From positions 1 to 39,155 of the forward strand of contig JAQWRO010000048.1 in the NCBI GenBank assembly GCA_029243665.1: a stretch of 39,155 nt of DNA, given 5' to 3'. The translations under genes and the position numbers were made by a program. Of the stretch, positions 8,393 through 16,888 are shown in pieces. The stretch comes from Gammaproteobacteria bacterium. Lineage in GTDB: Bacteria > Pseudomonadota > Gammaproteobacteria > Comchoanobacterales > Comchoanobacteraceae. How positions within the stretch are numbered: position 1 is the first letter of the stretch; every line of letters starts with the position of its first letter. The notes beneath the pieces were generated by a model that saw only the letters and a program-made list of their open reading frames with translations, had not been told where the DNA came from and did no database searches.

Positions 8393-9547
8393 GTGGATCT
8401 AATTCAAGCAGAAAAAATTAAGGCTTTAAGTATCAAGTCTGGACAGTGGATGCTTTTTAGCTGTTTGATCGCTATCTTTATTGCGAACTCCCCATGGCAA
8501 AGCGTATATGCAGATTTTAATAATACGAAACTAGCTTTTCATGTAGGTTCTTTTACGATTTCAAAGCCTTTATTAATCTGGATGAATGAAGGCTTGATGG
8601 CAATTTTCTTCTTTCTTATTGGTTTAGAAATTCGTGAAGCATTTGAGTCAGGTACATTATCTGATTGGAAAACAGTTTCATTACCGATTTATGGTGCCAT
8701 TGGTGGTATGGTTGTTCCAGGTTTGATTTATTATTTATTTAATTACCCATATCCAGACTATATTTCGGGATGGGCAATTCCTGTAGCAACTGACATTGCT
8801 TTTTCTTTGGCTATTTTAGCAATGGTGACTCCTGGTGTTCAGCCAAAGTTAAGACTGTTTTTGTCAACATTAGCCATTGTTGATGACATTGGTGCCATTA
8901 TTGTTATTGCATTGTTTTATTCGGATCATTTATCTTTAGTTTGGTTTTTAACGGCTTGTGGTTGGTTGGGGTTAGCATTGATACTAAGGGCATTCAAAGT
9001 AAGTCGCTTTTTTCCATATTTTATTATTTCTGTTTTTATGTGGTATGCCATTATCTATTCAGGTTTACATGCAACATTAACTGGCGTTATTCTAGCCATG
9101 TTGCTGCCACAGAAGAATCAGAACGGCCAATCAATGGTGAATACATTATTGCATGAGCTTGAGCCTTGGGTTAATTTTATCATTTTACCATTATTTGCTT
9201 TTATGAATTGTGGCATTATATTGCATGGTTTCAACGCGGATACCTTAATGCATCCAATTTTATCAGGAACTTTTTTTGGCCTTTGGCTAGGAAAACCATT
9301 AGGGGTTATGACCTTTGTTTTATTAGCTGTTGGTTTAAAATTGTCTGTTAAGGATAAAGAAATCCAATGGGGCCAGTTAATGGGCGTTGCTTGCTTGACA
9401 GGCATTGGTTTTACAATGAGCTTGTTTATTGCTAGCTTATCTTTTGAATATCATGCATCTTTACTGCCTAATGCGAAGTTAGGAATTATCTTAGGCTCCG
9501 TTTTTTCGGCGCTTATGGGTTCATATTTTTTAATGAAATCAAAATAA
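8393..9547 (+). CDS. nhaA: Na+/H+ antiporter NhaA
   Basis: NhaA blocks are present: LLIWMNEGLMAIFFFLIGLEI.RE, GWAIPVATDIAF and LAIVDDIGAIIVIALFY (the DD pair). About 12 TM. The GTG start is 11 nt after AGGAG, so the start is somewhat uncertain. Confidence 0.92.
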   Translation: MDLIQAEKIKALSIKSGQWMLFSCLIAIFIANSPWQSVYADFNNTKLAFHVGSFTISKPLLIWMNEGLMAIFFFLIGLEIREAFESGTLSDWKTVSLPIYGAIGGMVVPGLIYYLFNYPYPDYISGWAIPVATDIAFSLAILAMVTPGVQPKLRLFLSTLAIVDDIGAIIVIALFYSDHLSLVWFLTACGWLGLALILRAFKVSRFFPYFIISVFMWYAIIYSGLHATLTGVILAMLLPQKNQNGQSMVNTLLHELEPWVNFIILPLFAFMNCGIILHGFNADTLMHPILSGTFFGLWLGKPLGVMTFVLLAVGLKLSVKDKEIQWGQLMGVACLTGIGFTMSLFIASLSFEYHASLLPNAKLGIILGSVFSALMGSYFLMKSK

Positions 9548-9559
9548 GGGGATTTAACT

Positions 9560-10027
9560 ATGTTGACTGAAGGGACAACTGCACCAAGCTTTAATTTACC
9601 AAATCAAAATGACGAAACCATGACATCAGATGCGTTTTCTGGAAAAGCCTATGTTGTATTTTTCTATCCTAGAGATAATACCAGTGGGTGCACAAAAGAA
9701 AACATTGATTTCAATGATATGAAGGCTGAATTTGATGCTCTAGGTGTATCATTGATGGGTGTCTCTCGGGACAGTGTTAAATCTCATGAGAAGTTTGCAA
9801 ATAAGTTAGAGCTTTCATTTCCTTTATTAGCAGATACAGATGAGGTTATGTGTAATGATTATGGTGTCCTAGTCGAAAAGTCTATGTATGGTAGAAAATA
9901 TATGGGAATTGATCGTTCTACTTTTTTAATTAATGATCAAGGTCAAATCACACATATCTGGCGTAAGGTTAAGGTTCCAGGCCATGTTGAAACTGTTCTA
10001 GATGCTGCTAAGACGCTGGTGGGATGA
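9560..10027 (+). CDS. bcp: thioredoxin-dependent peroxiredoxin Bcp
   Basis: VVFFYPRDNTSGCTKE matches the peroxidatic Cys motif (FYP.D.TpGCT.E). GVSRDSVKSHEKF is present. 155 aa. Confidence 0.9.
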   Translation: MLTEGTTAPSFNLPNQNDETMTSDAFSGKAYVVFFYPRDNTSGCTKENIDFNDMKAEFDALGVSLMGVSRDSVKSHEKFANKLELSFPLLADTDEVMCNDYGVLVEKSMYGRKYMGIDRSTFLINDQGQITHIWRKVKVPGHVETVLDAAKTLVG

Positions 10028-10274
10028 TTTCTATGGCGACTGCATGAAAATCAGTTGTCATCATTTCACCTAGTGTTTGATATATTTTTTGATGTTGCTT
10101 TAAGCGAGATAAGCCAGAAAATTTGTGGCTTGAAATTTTTATCCTTATATGTGAAAGACCTGATTGAGCACCTGCATGACCAATGTGTAGGTGGCTCTCA
10201 TCAATGACTTCGAGATGGATAGGGTCTAGGTTTTGTAGCTTATGGATGGCTTTTTGTATTCGTTCAGCATGCAT
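10008..10274 (-). CDS. BolA family protein
   Basis: 88 aa. The sequence ..VIDESHLHIGHAG......SH..I.I.S..F.G.S...QHQ.IY..L......HA..I.. has the BolA/IbaG-like pattern. The start overlaps the yciB stop (TAATG). Confidence 0.8.
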   Translation of the reverse strand: MHAERIQKAIHKLQNLDPIHLEVIDESHLHIGHAGAQSGLSHIRIKISSHKFSGLSRLKQHQKIYQTLGEMMTTDFHAVAIEIIPPAS

Positions 10275-10807
10275 TAACTGATACTCTTTGCGTTTCTTGA
10301 TATATGTATGGCTATAATGATTGAAAATATAATAGATGCAGCAAGTAAGCCAAATGTTTTAAAGTTTACCCAGGTTGCTTCAGGTAGATAAGTAAATATA
10401 ATCCAATTTACTGTGCCCATAATAAAACCATAGCTAATCAGATAATTATCTAACGCGGCCCATTGGTTGTCAGACATTTGAATGTTTTCACTTAGTAATA
10501 AATAGCTTGTATGTTTTTTGTTAATAAACTTGTTAGCTAAAACGCACAAACTTAATGTCCAAAAAATGATACTTACTTTCCACATAATAAAATGAGCGTT
10601 ATGAAAGAATAGGGTGGCAACGCCAAATGTCAAAATAAAACCTAGCATGACCACTTCATTGCGATTGATTTTTTTATTGATAAACCATCCTAATGGAAAA
10701 ACAATACTGCTTATGATCATTAGTGTAAATGTTGCAATATAAATGTCATAAAATTTATAACTCAAAAAAAAGAATGCCAAAGGCAATAAATGAAGAATTG
10801 ATACCAT
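10274..10807 (-). CDS. yciB: intracellular septation protein A (YciB/IspZ)
   Basis: Collinear with E. coli YciB: LLPLAFFFLSYKFYDIYIAT (compare [20 protein letters not shown]), LFFHN..FI.WKV and WVNFK.FG. 177 aa and 5 TM. Confidence 0.9.
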   Translation of the reverse strand: MVSILHLLPLAFFFLSYKFYDIYIATFTLMIISSIVFPLGWFINKKINRNEVVMLGFILTFGVATLFFHNAHFIMWKVSIIFWTLSLCVLANKFINKKHTSYLLLSENIQMSDNQWAALDNYLISYGFIMGTVNWIIFTYLPEATWVNFKTFGLLAASIIFSIIIAIHISRNAKSIS

Positions 10808-10906
10808 ATTTTTATTATAATTTATAATATAGATGCAATCAAATGATTAATTCTTTACAATGTCATAATAAATGATTTATTGTATACTATTGAAAAAAGG
10901 TGAAAA

Positions 10907-11527
10907 ATGGAAATCATATTTGTTGATCAGTATCATCCGTCCAAGCAGCAGTTCGATCGAGTCATTCAGTCATTAGAGCGTGGTGAGTTGGTTATTCTAC
11001 CAACAGACACGTACTATTGTTTGTGTGGTCTTGCCAATCAGCCTGAGGCTGTAAAGATGATTAATCTATTTCAGAAAGCCATTGGGAAGCAAGATCGTCC
11101 TTTGACATTTCTTTGTGCATCTATATCTCAAGCCAGTGAAATTATGCAAGTTGACAATATGACCTATCGAATATTAAATTCAGTTGTGCCAGCTTCAGTT
11201 ACATTTTTATTAAATGCGCAACAAAAAACACTGAAGAAATATAAAATGAAGTCTAGAGAACAAGTAGGTGTTCGTATTCCTAGACATGACTTAATTCACA
11301 AAATTATTGATGCTTGTTCAAGTTCAATGGTTGGACAGCCAATTGAAGATATAGAAAATAATGCTGATATTGAAAAGCTGTCCGGTAGTTATGCAAGTAC
11401 ATGGTTAAAAACTTTTTATGGTGTTGAAAATCAACCCTCAAGTATTTTAGATATGACTATGCTACCACCAAAGTTAATCAGGCGTGGTTTAGATTTTGAA
11501 AAGATTTCTGCTTTCATTACACCATGA
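10907..11527 (+). CDS. yciO: YciO/Sua5/YrdC-family (threonylcarbamoyl-AMP synthase-like) protein
   Basis: HPSKQQFDRVIQSLERGELVILPTDTYYCL aligns with E. coli YciO HPDNPQQRLINQAVEIVRKGGVIVYPTDSGYAL. The ..VGVRIP.H motif is present. 206 aa. Confidence 0.8.
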   Translation: MEIIFVDQYHPSKQQFDRVIQSLERGELVILPTDTYYCLCGLANQPEAVKMINLFQKAIGKQDRPLTFLCASISQASEIMQVDNMTYRILNSVVPASVTFLLNAQQKTLKKYKMKSREQVGVRIPRHDLIHKIIDACSSSMVGQPIEDIENNADIEKLSGSYASTWLKTFYGVENQPSSILDMTMLPPKLIRRGLDFEKISAFITP

Positions 11528-12717
11528 TGCAGATAACAAAAGAGACAAGCTTTGTATTATTGATGGCGTTGGTTTATGGGCTTGCAGTTTTACCTTTGTC
11601 TTTTGAGCTACCTGCGATCAGTGCGATAGGAGCTGCGTTTAAATTAAGTCACGCAGAAATGAAATTATCAATTACTACCTTTTGGGCTTTTTTTACTTTA
11701 GGCCAATTTTTGTTTGCGTATATGCTACCTAAGTATCCGGTACAAAAAATCATTTCACTTGCCATTGTCGTCTTTATTTTAAGTTTTACAATACATGCAT
11801 TTACACATTCAAGTCATATCTTCTTTATTCTTAGAATTTTAGAGGGATTATGTTGTGGAGGCTTTCTTTTAATGGGGCGATTTGCAATGGCAAAAGCATA
11901 TGGTGCAAATGAATCAAATTATTTAATCCAATTTGCAAAATTAAGCTCTGCCATTACAGCGTTGACGGTTTTACTACCAATTTTGGGTGGGGTGATTAAT
12001 GATTATACCCATTGGCGCTATATCTATCTTGTTATTGCATCTACTGCGCTAAGCTTGTATTTCTTGCGTCGACAAACGTTTATTTTTAACCAACCTCGAT
12101 CGAGTTCTCCGAAAAAAGATTTTATGGTTGTTTTAGGTAATATGGAGTTAATGTGTAAAAGTCTATTAGGAGGCTTTGCCCGATCAATTATCGTAAATTT
12201 CAATACAAATCTAGCTTTATTTCTATTGAATTATCATCATTGGTCTAGTATGCACTATGCATCATTAATGTTTGTATTTAGTTGTTTTTCAATCATTGCA
12301 AGATTATACCTCAGGCAGTTGAGAGAGCTTTTTGGTACAATATACTTAAATTATATTTTGATGTTGATTTTATTGATAGTGCCAATTTTTTTCTTATTTA
12401 ATCGCCTCTATGCGTATGACTTGTTATTTTATCTTGCAGGTGGATTGATTACGGTTGCATCAAGCTTATTGGCAACATTGTATTCTTCGACCACACAGTT
12501 TAAGCTTGCTAATCAAAAACAAGCAATGAGCTTAGCTGTTATGGGCGTTATTCAAAACATGGCTTTAGTTGCTGGCACTGTTATGAGTATCTTTTTAGCA
12601 AATGATACGTTGTTTTCACTTAGTGAACTAATTATTTTAAGCACATGTGTGTTGTTTGTGATTGATTATGCTTCTAATGGTCATCATCGACAATTTGAAT
12701 CCTTTGCATCAAATTGA
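11524..12717 (+). CDS. MFS transporter (drug/H+ antiporter-like)
   Basis: 397 aa with about 12 hydrophobic helices. An MFS-like loop 2-3 (LPKYPVQK) and an ILRILEG..CGG segment are present. The ATGA overlap with yciO suggests coupling. Confidence 0.7.
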   Translation: MMQITKETSFVLLMALVYGLAVLPLSFELPAISAIGAAFKLSHAEMKLSITTFWAFFTLGQFLFAYMLPKYPVQKIISLAIVVFILSFTIHAFTHSSHIFFILRILEGLCCGGFLLMGRFAMAKAYGANESNYLIQFAKLSSAITALTVLLPILGGVINDYTHWRYIYLVIASTALSLYFLRRQTFIFNQPRSSSPKKDFMVVLGNMELMCKSLLGGFARSIIVNFNTNLALFLLNYHHWSSMHYASLMFVFSCFSIIARLYLRQLRELFGTIYLNYILMLILLIVPIFFLFNRLYAYDLLFYLAGGLITVASSLLATLYSSTTQFKLANQKQAMSLAVMGVIQNMALVAGTVMSIFLANDTLFSLSELIILSTCVLFVIDYASNGHHRQFESFASN

Positions 12718-12755
12718 TTGATTATTTATACTAGGTTTGTACAAGTTAGGTATAT

Positions 12756-13805
12756 TTGATACGGTTATCGTTGGTATTTATTATGATGAATTCAATTTTA
12801 CATTTTTTGTTGGCTGCTATCCCAGTTCAGCTAAAGTTTCAAATAAAAATGAAATTTTTTCATGTGTTTTCATGCGTGCTTGCTGTGATTTTATTGTTGA
12901 TTAGTAATCAATTTAATATCTTTTTATATGGCGCTCCACTTTTTCCAGTTTTTTCAATACCATTATGTTTTTTATTTGGTGTACTGTTTGGTTTGGGTTA
13001 TGTTCAATGTGCTGAGTATGAGTTTCGTTCCATAGAAGATAATAAATTTAAAAATGAATGGTTAAAACCTGCGCTGAAACATCTTATACAAATGCATGTT
13101 TTATCATTTTTGGCTTTGAATGTTTATAAAATTTTTGCGATTTGCTACTTTTACCCCGCAACTTTTTTGGGCATTTCTATGTTAAGTGCGGTATTTGTGA
13201 TTTATAATCGTTTTGTTGATGAAGCAAAGATAAAACTCTTAGAAGAACTTGATGTAGAGCTTCAATTTTTAATTTCATTAATCATTGGTGTCTTCGGTGC
13301 TTGTTATGGTGCATTATGCGTGCATGTTTTTGGGGTTATGATTGGCTTTGATTTGACCATTGTTAGTTTAAGTATTTGGTGTTCAATCATATGGTTGGTT
13401 TTGAATACATACGGTGTTGAGTTTTTATCTTTTGAACAACAATTTTATGCTTCCTGCTATGTTTTTGCAATGTCTACCGTTATATTATGTATCTGTCAGA
13501 TGCCTTTGCTTAGTTGTTTGCTGTATCTAACACCGGCACTTAATTATTATCCCTTATCCAGTTGGTTATCCAATGAAAAATTATTGCCACCCACGAATAA
13601 AGGAGGTTCTGACATTTCTTCGAAATCAAGTGTGCCGAATAGTAAAAGTTTAATGAATGATTCTCCTAAAGAATTATTGCCACCCACGAATAAAGGAGGT
13701 TCTGAAATTTCTTCGAAATCAAGATTAGAGGGAAAAACCCCAAGTGTTGGCTCGGGTAATGTCTCCGGCGATGGGAGCCAAATGGGGGCGGCGAATGGAA
13801 AATGA
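12756..13805 (+). CDS. orphan polytopic membrane protein with disordered repeat-bearing C-terminal tail
   Basis: A long ORF in AT-rich DNA with about 7-8 hydrophobic helices, followed by an 80-aa Ser/Gly/Lys/Pro-rich tail containing two copies of LLPPTNKGGS(D/E)ISSKS. The start is uncertain: TTG 12756, ATG 12783/12786 or ATG 12849, none with a good SD. Confidence 0.75.
   Translation: MIRLSLVFIMMNSILHFLLAAIPVQLKFQIKMKFFHVFSCVLAVILLLISNQFNIFLYGAPLFPVFSIPLCFLFGVLFGLGYVQCAEYEFRSIEDNKFKNEWLKPALKHLIQMHVLSFLALNVYKIFAICYFYPATFLGISMLSAVFVIYNRFVDEAKIKLLEELDVELQFLISLIIGVFGACYGALCVHVFGVMIGFDLTIVSLSIWCSIIWLVLNTYGVEFLSFEQQFYASCYVFAMSTVILCICQMPLLSCLLYLTPALNYYPLSSWLSNEKLLPPTNKGGSDISSKSSVPNSKSLMNDSPKELLPPTNKGGSEISSKSRLEGKTPSVGSGNVSGDGSQMGAANGK
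13581..13723 (+). repeat. direct repeat: two 50-nt copies (13581-13630 and 13674-13723) with a 93-nt period, 49/50 identical
   Basis: TTATTGCCACCCACGAATAAAGGAGGTTCTGA(C/A)ATTTCTTCGAAATCAAG occurs twice in frame inside the tail of the 12756-13805 CDS. Confidence 0.95.
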
Positions 13806-14751
13806 GAGTAAAGCTTATCTTAAAGCAGCCTTTCTAGGCTTTATTGCAGTTCTACTAATAGATGCTTTTTTAGTGTTTTCGTTCATGCAGCCATTGTTTG
13901 GTTTTATGATTAGTGTTGAGTCATCCCTTTATGTGGAAATCATTTTTGGCTCTATTTTTGGTGCAGGCATTCAATATGCTAAAGAACAAATGCCATATAG
14001 AGAAAATAAAGCTAAAGTATATAGCGATTTAAGACACGTGCTTGTCTTAATCGTATTAACTATTGTTATGACTTACGTTGTTGTTTTTGGAAGCTATTTG
14101 CCAGTATTTCCTTTAGTCTTATATTTACTTTATCATTTAACATTGGGTGCCTTTTATTCATCCTTGCCTAGCCAAAATCATGACAATAATACTTTAATTC
14201 ATGATTTTAGTCAGTTTATTAGTGCGCCTTTACTAGGTTTTGTTGTAACGATTGTTTTTTGTTTCAGTATCAATGTTATTTTTCTAATGACAAATCCGTT
14301 ATCTAGTAGCTTATTTTTGTCTGGCATTTATGGTGCTATCGCACAATCTATCATTACATTTTTTTTAATGGACTTTAATGCTGAGTTATTAACTCAATGG
14401 AAGATTAGTTTTGGACTTTTAGGGGTCAGTATGGCCGTATTATGTTTATCTACTACTCCTTATTTGCCATTATTTGTTTGTTGTGTTACACCAATGGTTT
14501 ATTTTTTGTTTAGATACAGTGTTCAAGATAATGTTGATGCAATTAATGATTCAATGGTTGAATACGAAGAAGCCAATAGTGGTTTTCTCAGCAAAAATTT
14601 AGTTTCACCACTAAGACCCGATCATGTTTTATATAATAGAAGTGATAGCCCTTCTTTTGGTGATGAAAGTAATATTAGTAATGCTTCTTCAGAAGGTTCT
14701 AATCCAGAAGATTATGATTCAGACGTTATGATCCATCACTTTCTGGTTTAG
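13795..14751 (+). CDS. orphan polytopic membrane protein, apparent paralogue of the upstream gene, with acidic/Ser-rich C-terminal tail
   Basis: The start is set at ATG 13795 (MENESKAYLKAAF...); the track start at 13744 only extends across the upstream tail. About 7 hydrophobic helices. It shares a helix-loop signature with the upstream gene: FGSIFGAGIQYAKEQ versus FGVLFGLGYVQCAEY, each followed by a charged loop. The tail reads ...SNASSEGSNPEDYDSDVMIHHFLV. Confidence 0.75.
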   Translation: MENESKAYLKAAFLGFIAVLLIDAFLVFSFMQPLFGFMISVESSLYVEIIFGSIFGAGIQYAKEQMPYRENKAKVYSDLRHVLVLIVLTIVMTYVVVFGSYLPVFPLVLYLLYHLTLGAFYSSLPSQNHDNNTLIHDFSQFISAPLLGFVVTIVFCFSINVIFLMTNPLSSSLFLSGIYGAIAQSIITFFLMDFNAELLTQWKISFGLLGVSMAVLCLSTTPYLPLFVCCVTPMVYFLFRYSVQDNVDAINDSMVEYEEANSGFLSKNLVSPLRPDHVLYNRSDSPSFGDESNISNASSEGSNPEDYDSDVMIHHFLV

Positions 14752-14770
14752 AAGGTTGTGTTAATTAAGT

Positions 14771-14977
14771 TTATTTCTTCTTTTTTTTATTATCTGTCAT
14801 TTTTTTATTAAGCCACTCGAGCTGGCTGCTTTGTGTAATCTGAGTTTCTTTTTGGCGCAAGATTTTTATAACAATGTTGTAGCCTTTTCTAAGACTATTT
14901 AAGAGACCAGGTAATTGTTCTGGTTTGATGAACAATATACCTGCAATTACAATGATAATAAGTTCTACAAAACTCAT
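14771..14977 (-). CDS. tatB: twin-arginine translocase subunit TatB (short form)
   Basis: MSFVELIIIVIAGILFIKPEQLPGLLNSLRKGY has the TatA/B-family N-terminal TM, hinge and amphipathic helix (F.E....G...P..LP). It is second of two tatA-like genes and overlaps the tatA stop as ATGA. Confidence 0.75.
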   Translation of the reverse strand: MSFVELIIIVIAGILFIKPEQLPGLLNSLRKGYNIVIKILRQKETQITQSSQLEWLNKKMTDNKKKKK

Positions 14978-15168
14978 TTGCGTTTTGTTTTTTTAGCTGT
15001 CTTTTTACGAACAGTTGTCTGATCTTCTGTATCTAAACTTTTTTGAAAAGATTGAATCATATCACCTAGGTCTTTTCCAAGATTTTTTAAACGTTTAGTT
15101 CCAAATAATAAGATTAAAATTGCTATGATCAGTAATAATGACCAAGGACTAATGCCACTAATTCCCAT
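14974..15168 (-). CDS. tatA: twin-arginine translocase subunit TatA
   Basis: The start is set at ATG 15168 (MGISGISPWSLLLIIAILILLFGTKRLKNLGKDLG), preceded by GGAGGA. The track start at 15198 runs into tatC. 64 aa. Confidence 0.88.
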   Translation of the reverse strand: MGISGISPWSLLLIIAILILLFGTKRLKNLGKDLGDMIQSFQKSLDTEDQTTVRKKTAKKTKRK

Positions 15169-15169
15169 A

Positions 15170-15934
15170 TTAGATCCTCCTTTTTCTAATTGAAGCACAT
15201 TTTGATGTTTTTGCCAAATTTAGTTTATGATAACGCTCCCCGACGATGATACCTATTTCAAATAAAATACACATAGGTATCGCAATCATGATCTGTGATA
15301 TTACATCTGGCGGTGTGATAAGCATGCCAATGGTGAGTGCACCAACTATCACAATAGACCTCTGGTTACGACATGTTTCTGCATCGATGATGCGTGTTGC
15401 AATTAATACTGTGATAATCAATGGTATTTGGAATGTTAAGCCAAATGCTAGCATGCCTTGTAAAGCAAAAGATAAATAAAGCTGCATATCAGGCATTAAA
15501 ATGACATGGTCGGGTGTTGCCAGTGCAAATAAATAAAACGCCGTTGGGAATACGCAAAAATAAGCGAATGACATGCCTGAGTAAAATAATATAATCGAAC
15601 TGAATGTAGCATGCGTTGCCAGTTTTTGTTCAAATGCTTTAAGGCCTGGTCGAATAAAAAACAAGGTTTGAATGGCAATGATTGGTATGCCAACAAATAA
15701 TGCCAAATAGAATGCAAATTTAATTGGGGTAAGCAATGGTGTAATGATGGACGTTGCAATCATATGACCATTGTGTGGTAAGTTTTGTAATAGTGGTAAG
15801 GCTAAGTAACCATATAAATCTTTGGACACACAAATAAAGCCAATGAACAGTACACTGATGATGATTAACGCAACGATTATTTGTTTGCGTAAAATCATAA
15901 AGTGTTCATTAAAAGTTGTTGCTGATCGGCTCAT
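15170..15934 (-). CDS. tatC: twin-arginine translocase subunit TatC
   Basis: Collinear with E. coli TatC: LRKQIIVALI, GHMIATSIITPLLTPIKFAF, FAYFCVFP and VGALTIGMLITPPDVISQIMIAIPMCILFE. 254 aa and 6 TM. Confidence 0.93.
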   Translation of the reverse strand: MSRSATTFNEHFMILRKQIIVALIIISVLFIGFICVSKDLYGYLALPLLQNLPHNGHMIATSIITPLLTPIKFAFYLALFVGIPIIAIQTLFFIRPGLKAFEQKLATHATFSSIILFYSGMSFAYFCVFPTAFYLFALATPDHVILMPDMQLYLSFALQGMLAFGLTFQIPLIITVLIATRIIDAETCRNQRSIVIVGALTIGMLITPPDVISQIMIAIPMCILFEIGIIVGERYHKLNLAKTSKCASIRKRRI

Positions 15935-15937
15935 AGT

Positions 15938-16825
15938 CTAATAAGAAATTTTTTCAGGTAAGCCAGTTGGTTTTTTGACCATTTGATTGACTTTATCCCA
16001 ATTAATACGAATGGTCTTACCTCCGCCATGTTGATAAATTAATTCATTAAGATTAACTGAGTTTAATGGTGACACTGGCGAATTAAGTTTAACTTTTTTA
16101 TGCACTTCTAAATATAAGTTTCTTCCATCTGAACCTAGTTTATATTGGTGATTAATAATGGTGACTGGAATGCCTTTTTGGACTAAAGAGTAAAGCTGTG
16201 AAACATCAGTGTTATACATACGTATACAACCTGAGCTGACGTATTGTCCAACCTTGCTTTGATTATTCGTACCATGAATTAAGATGCTTCTGGCACCAAG
16301 GTAGATTGCAAATGGACCGAGTGGGTTTTGTGGGCCAGGACCAATTTGCTCAGGTAATCTAATGCCAGTAGATTCATAATGATGTTCAGAAATTGATTTA
16401 GGAACATACCAAGTTGGATCAGCAGCTTTTTTGACAACATATGTTTTAGTGGTAGGGGTTCGCCATCCTTCTCGACCCATTGCAACAGGGTAGGTCATGA
16501 CAAAAGGACTGTCTTTTGGAAAAAAGTATAACCTTAACTCGCTCATACTTAAAACAATACCTTTCCGGTATTTTTTGGGAGGCAATATAAATTGTTTTGG
16601 AATGACAACGCGTTGATCTTCTCTAAGACGGTAAAGACCAGGGTTGGCTTGTTCAAGTTCAATAATACCGATATCGTGTCTATACGCAAGACCAGACATG
16701 GTATCACCTGCTCGGGCTGTGATTGTGTAGTTAGAGCCAACCATGTCACCATTTTCAGGCAAGAGATAAGTGGCTGCATTTGTATATCCAAGCATTGTAA
16801 ATATGAGGACAATCCATGTTTTCAT
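15938..16825 (-). CDS. L,D-transpeptidase (LysM plus YkuD domains), secreted
   Basis: Signal peptide MKTWIVLIFTMLGYTNA. LysM-like segment YTITARAGDTMSGLAYRHDIGIIELEQANP. YkuD catalytic motif ILIHGTN......VSSGCIRMYN. The stop is 3 nt from the tatC start. Confidence 0.88.
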   Translation of the reverse strand: MKTWIVLIFTMLGYTNAATYLLPENGDMVGSNYTITARAGDTMSGLAYRHDIGIIELEQANPGLYRLREDQRVVIPKQFILPPKKYRKGIVLSMSELRLYFFPKDSPFVMTYPVAMGREGWRTPTTKTYVVKKAADPTWYVPKSISEHHYESTGIRLPEQIGPGPQNPLGPFAIYLGARSILIHGTNNQSKVGQYVSSGCIRMYNTDVSQLYSLVQKGIPVTIINHQYKLGSDGRNLYLEVHKKVKLNSPVSPLNSVNLNELIYQHGGGKTIRINWDKVNQMVKKPTGLPEKISY

Positions 16826-16888
16826 TTAGTCACCGTCATTAAAATATATTTACATTATAGACAATAAACTGCATTATGGTGTTTAATT

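Noticed and set aside
8941-9405. Track ORFs 8941-9156 (+) and 9118-9405 (-) within nhaA
   Set aside because: They are embedded in or antisense to the conserved NhaA frame, with no independent evidence.
13599-13700. Consensus Shine-Dalgarno strings (AAAGGAGGT) inside both repeat copies, considered as possible internal translation starts
   Set aside because: No ATG, GTG or TTG lies at a suitable distance downstream of either copy. The string simply encodes Lys-Gly-Gly in the repeat.
13744-13794. Upstream alternative start (13744) for the second membrane protein
   Set aside because: It only adds 17 residues, read out of frame across the tail of the upstream gene. ATG 13795 is preceded by a G-rich SD-like stretch and begins right before the first TM helix.
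15169-15198. Longer tatA start at 15198 (MLQLEKGGSN...)
   Set aside because: The extension overlaps the 3' end of tatC. The TatA homology and the GGAGGA RBS point to ATG 15168.
15246-16867. Track ORFs overlapping tatC and the L,D-transpeptidase gene (15246-15479, 15496-15759, 16279-16485, 16549-16812, 16592-16867)
   Set aside because: These are alternative-frame or antisense shadows of two genes with clear homology.
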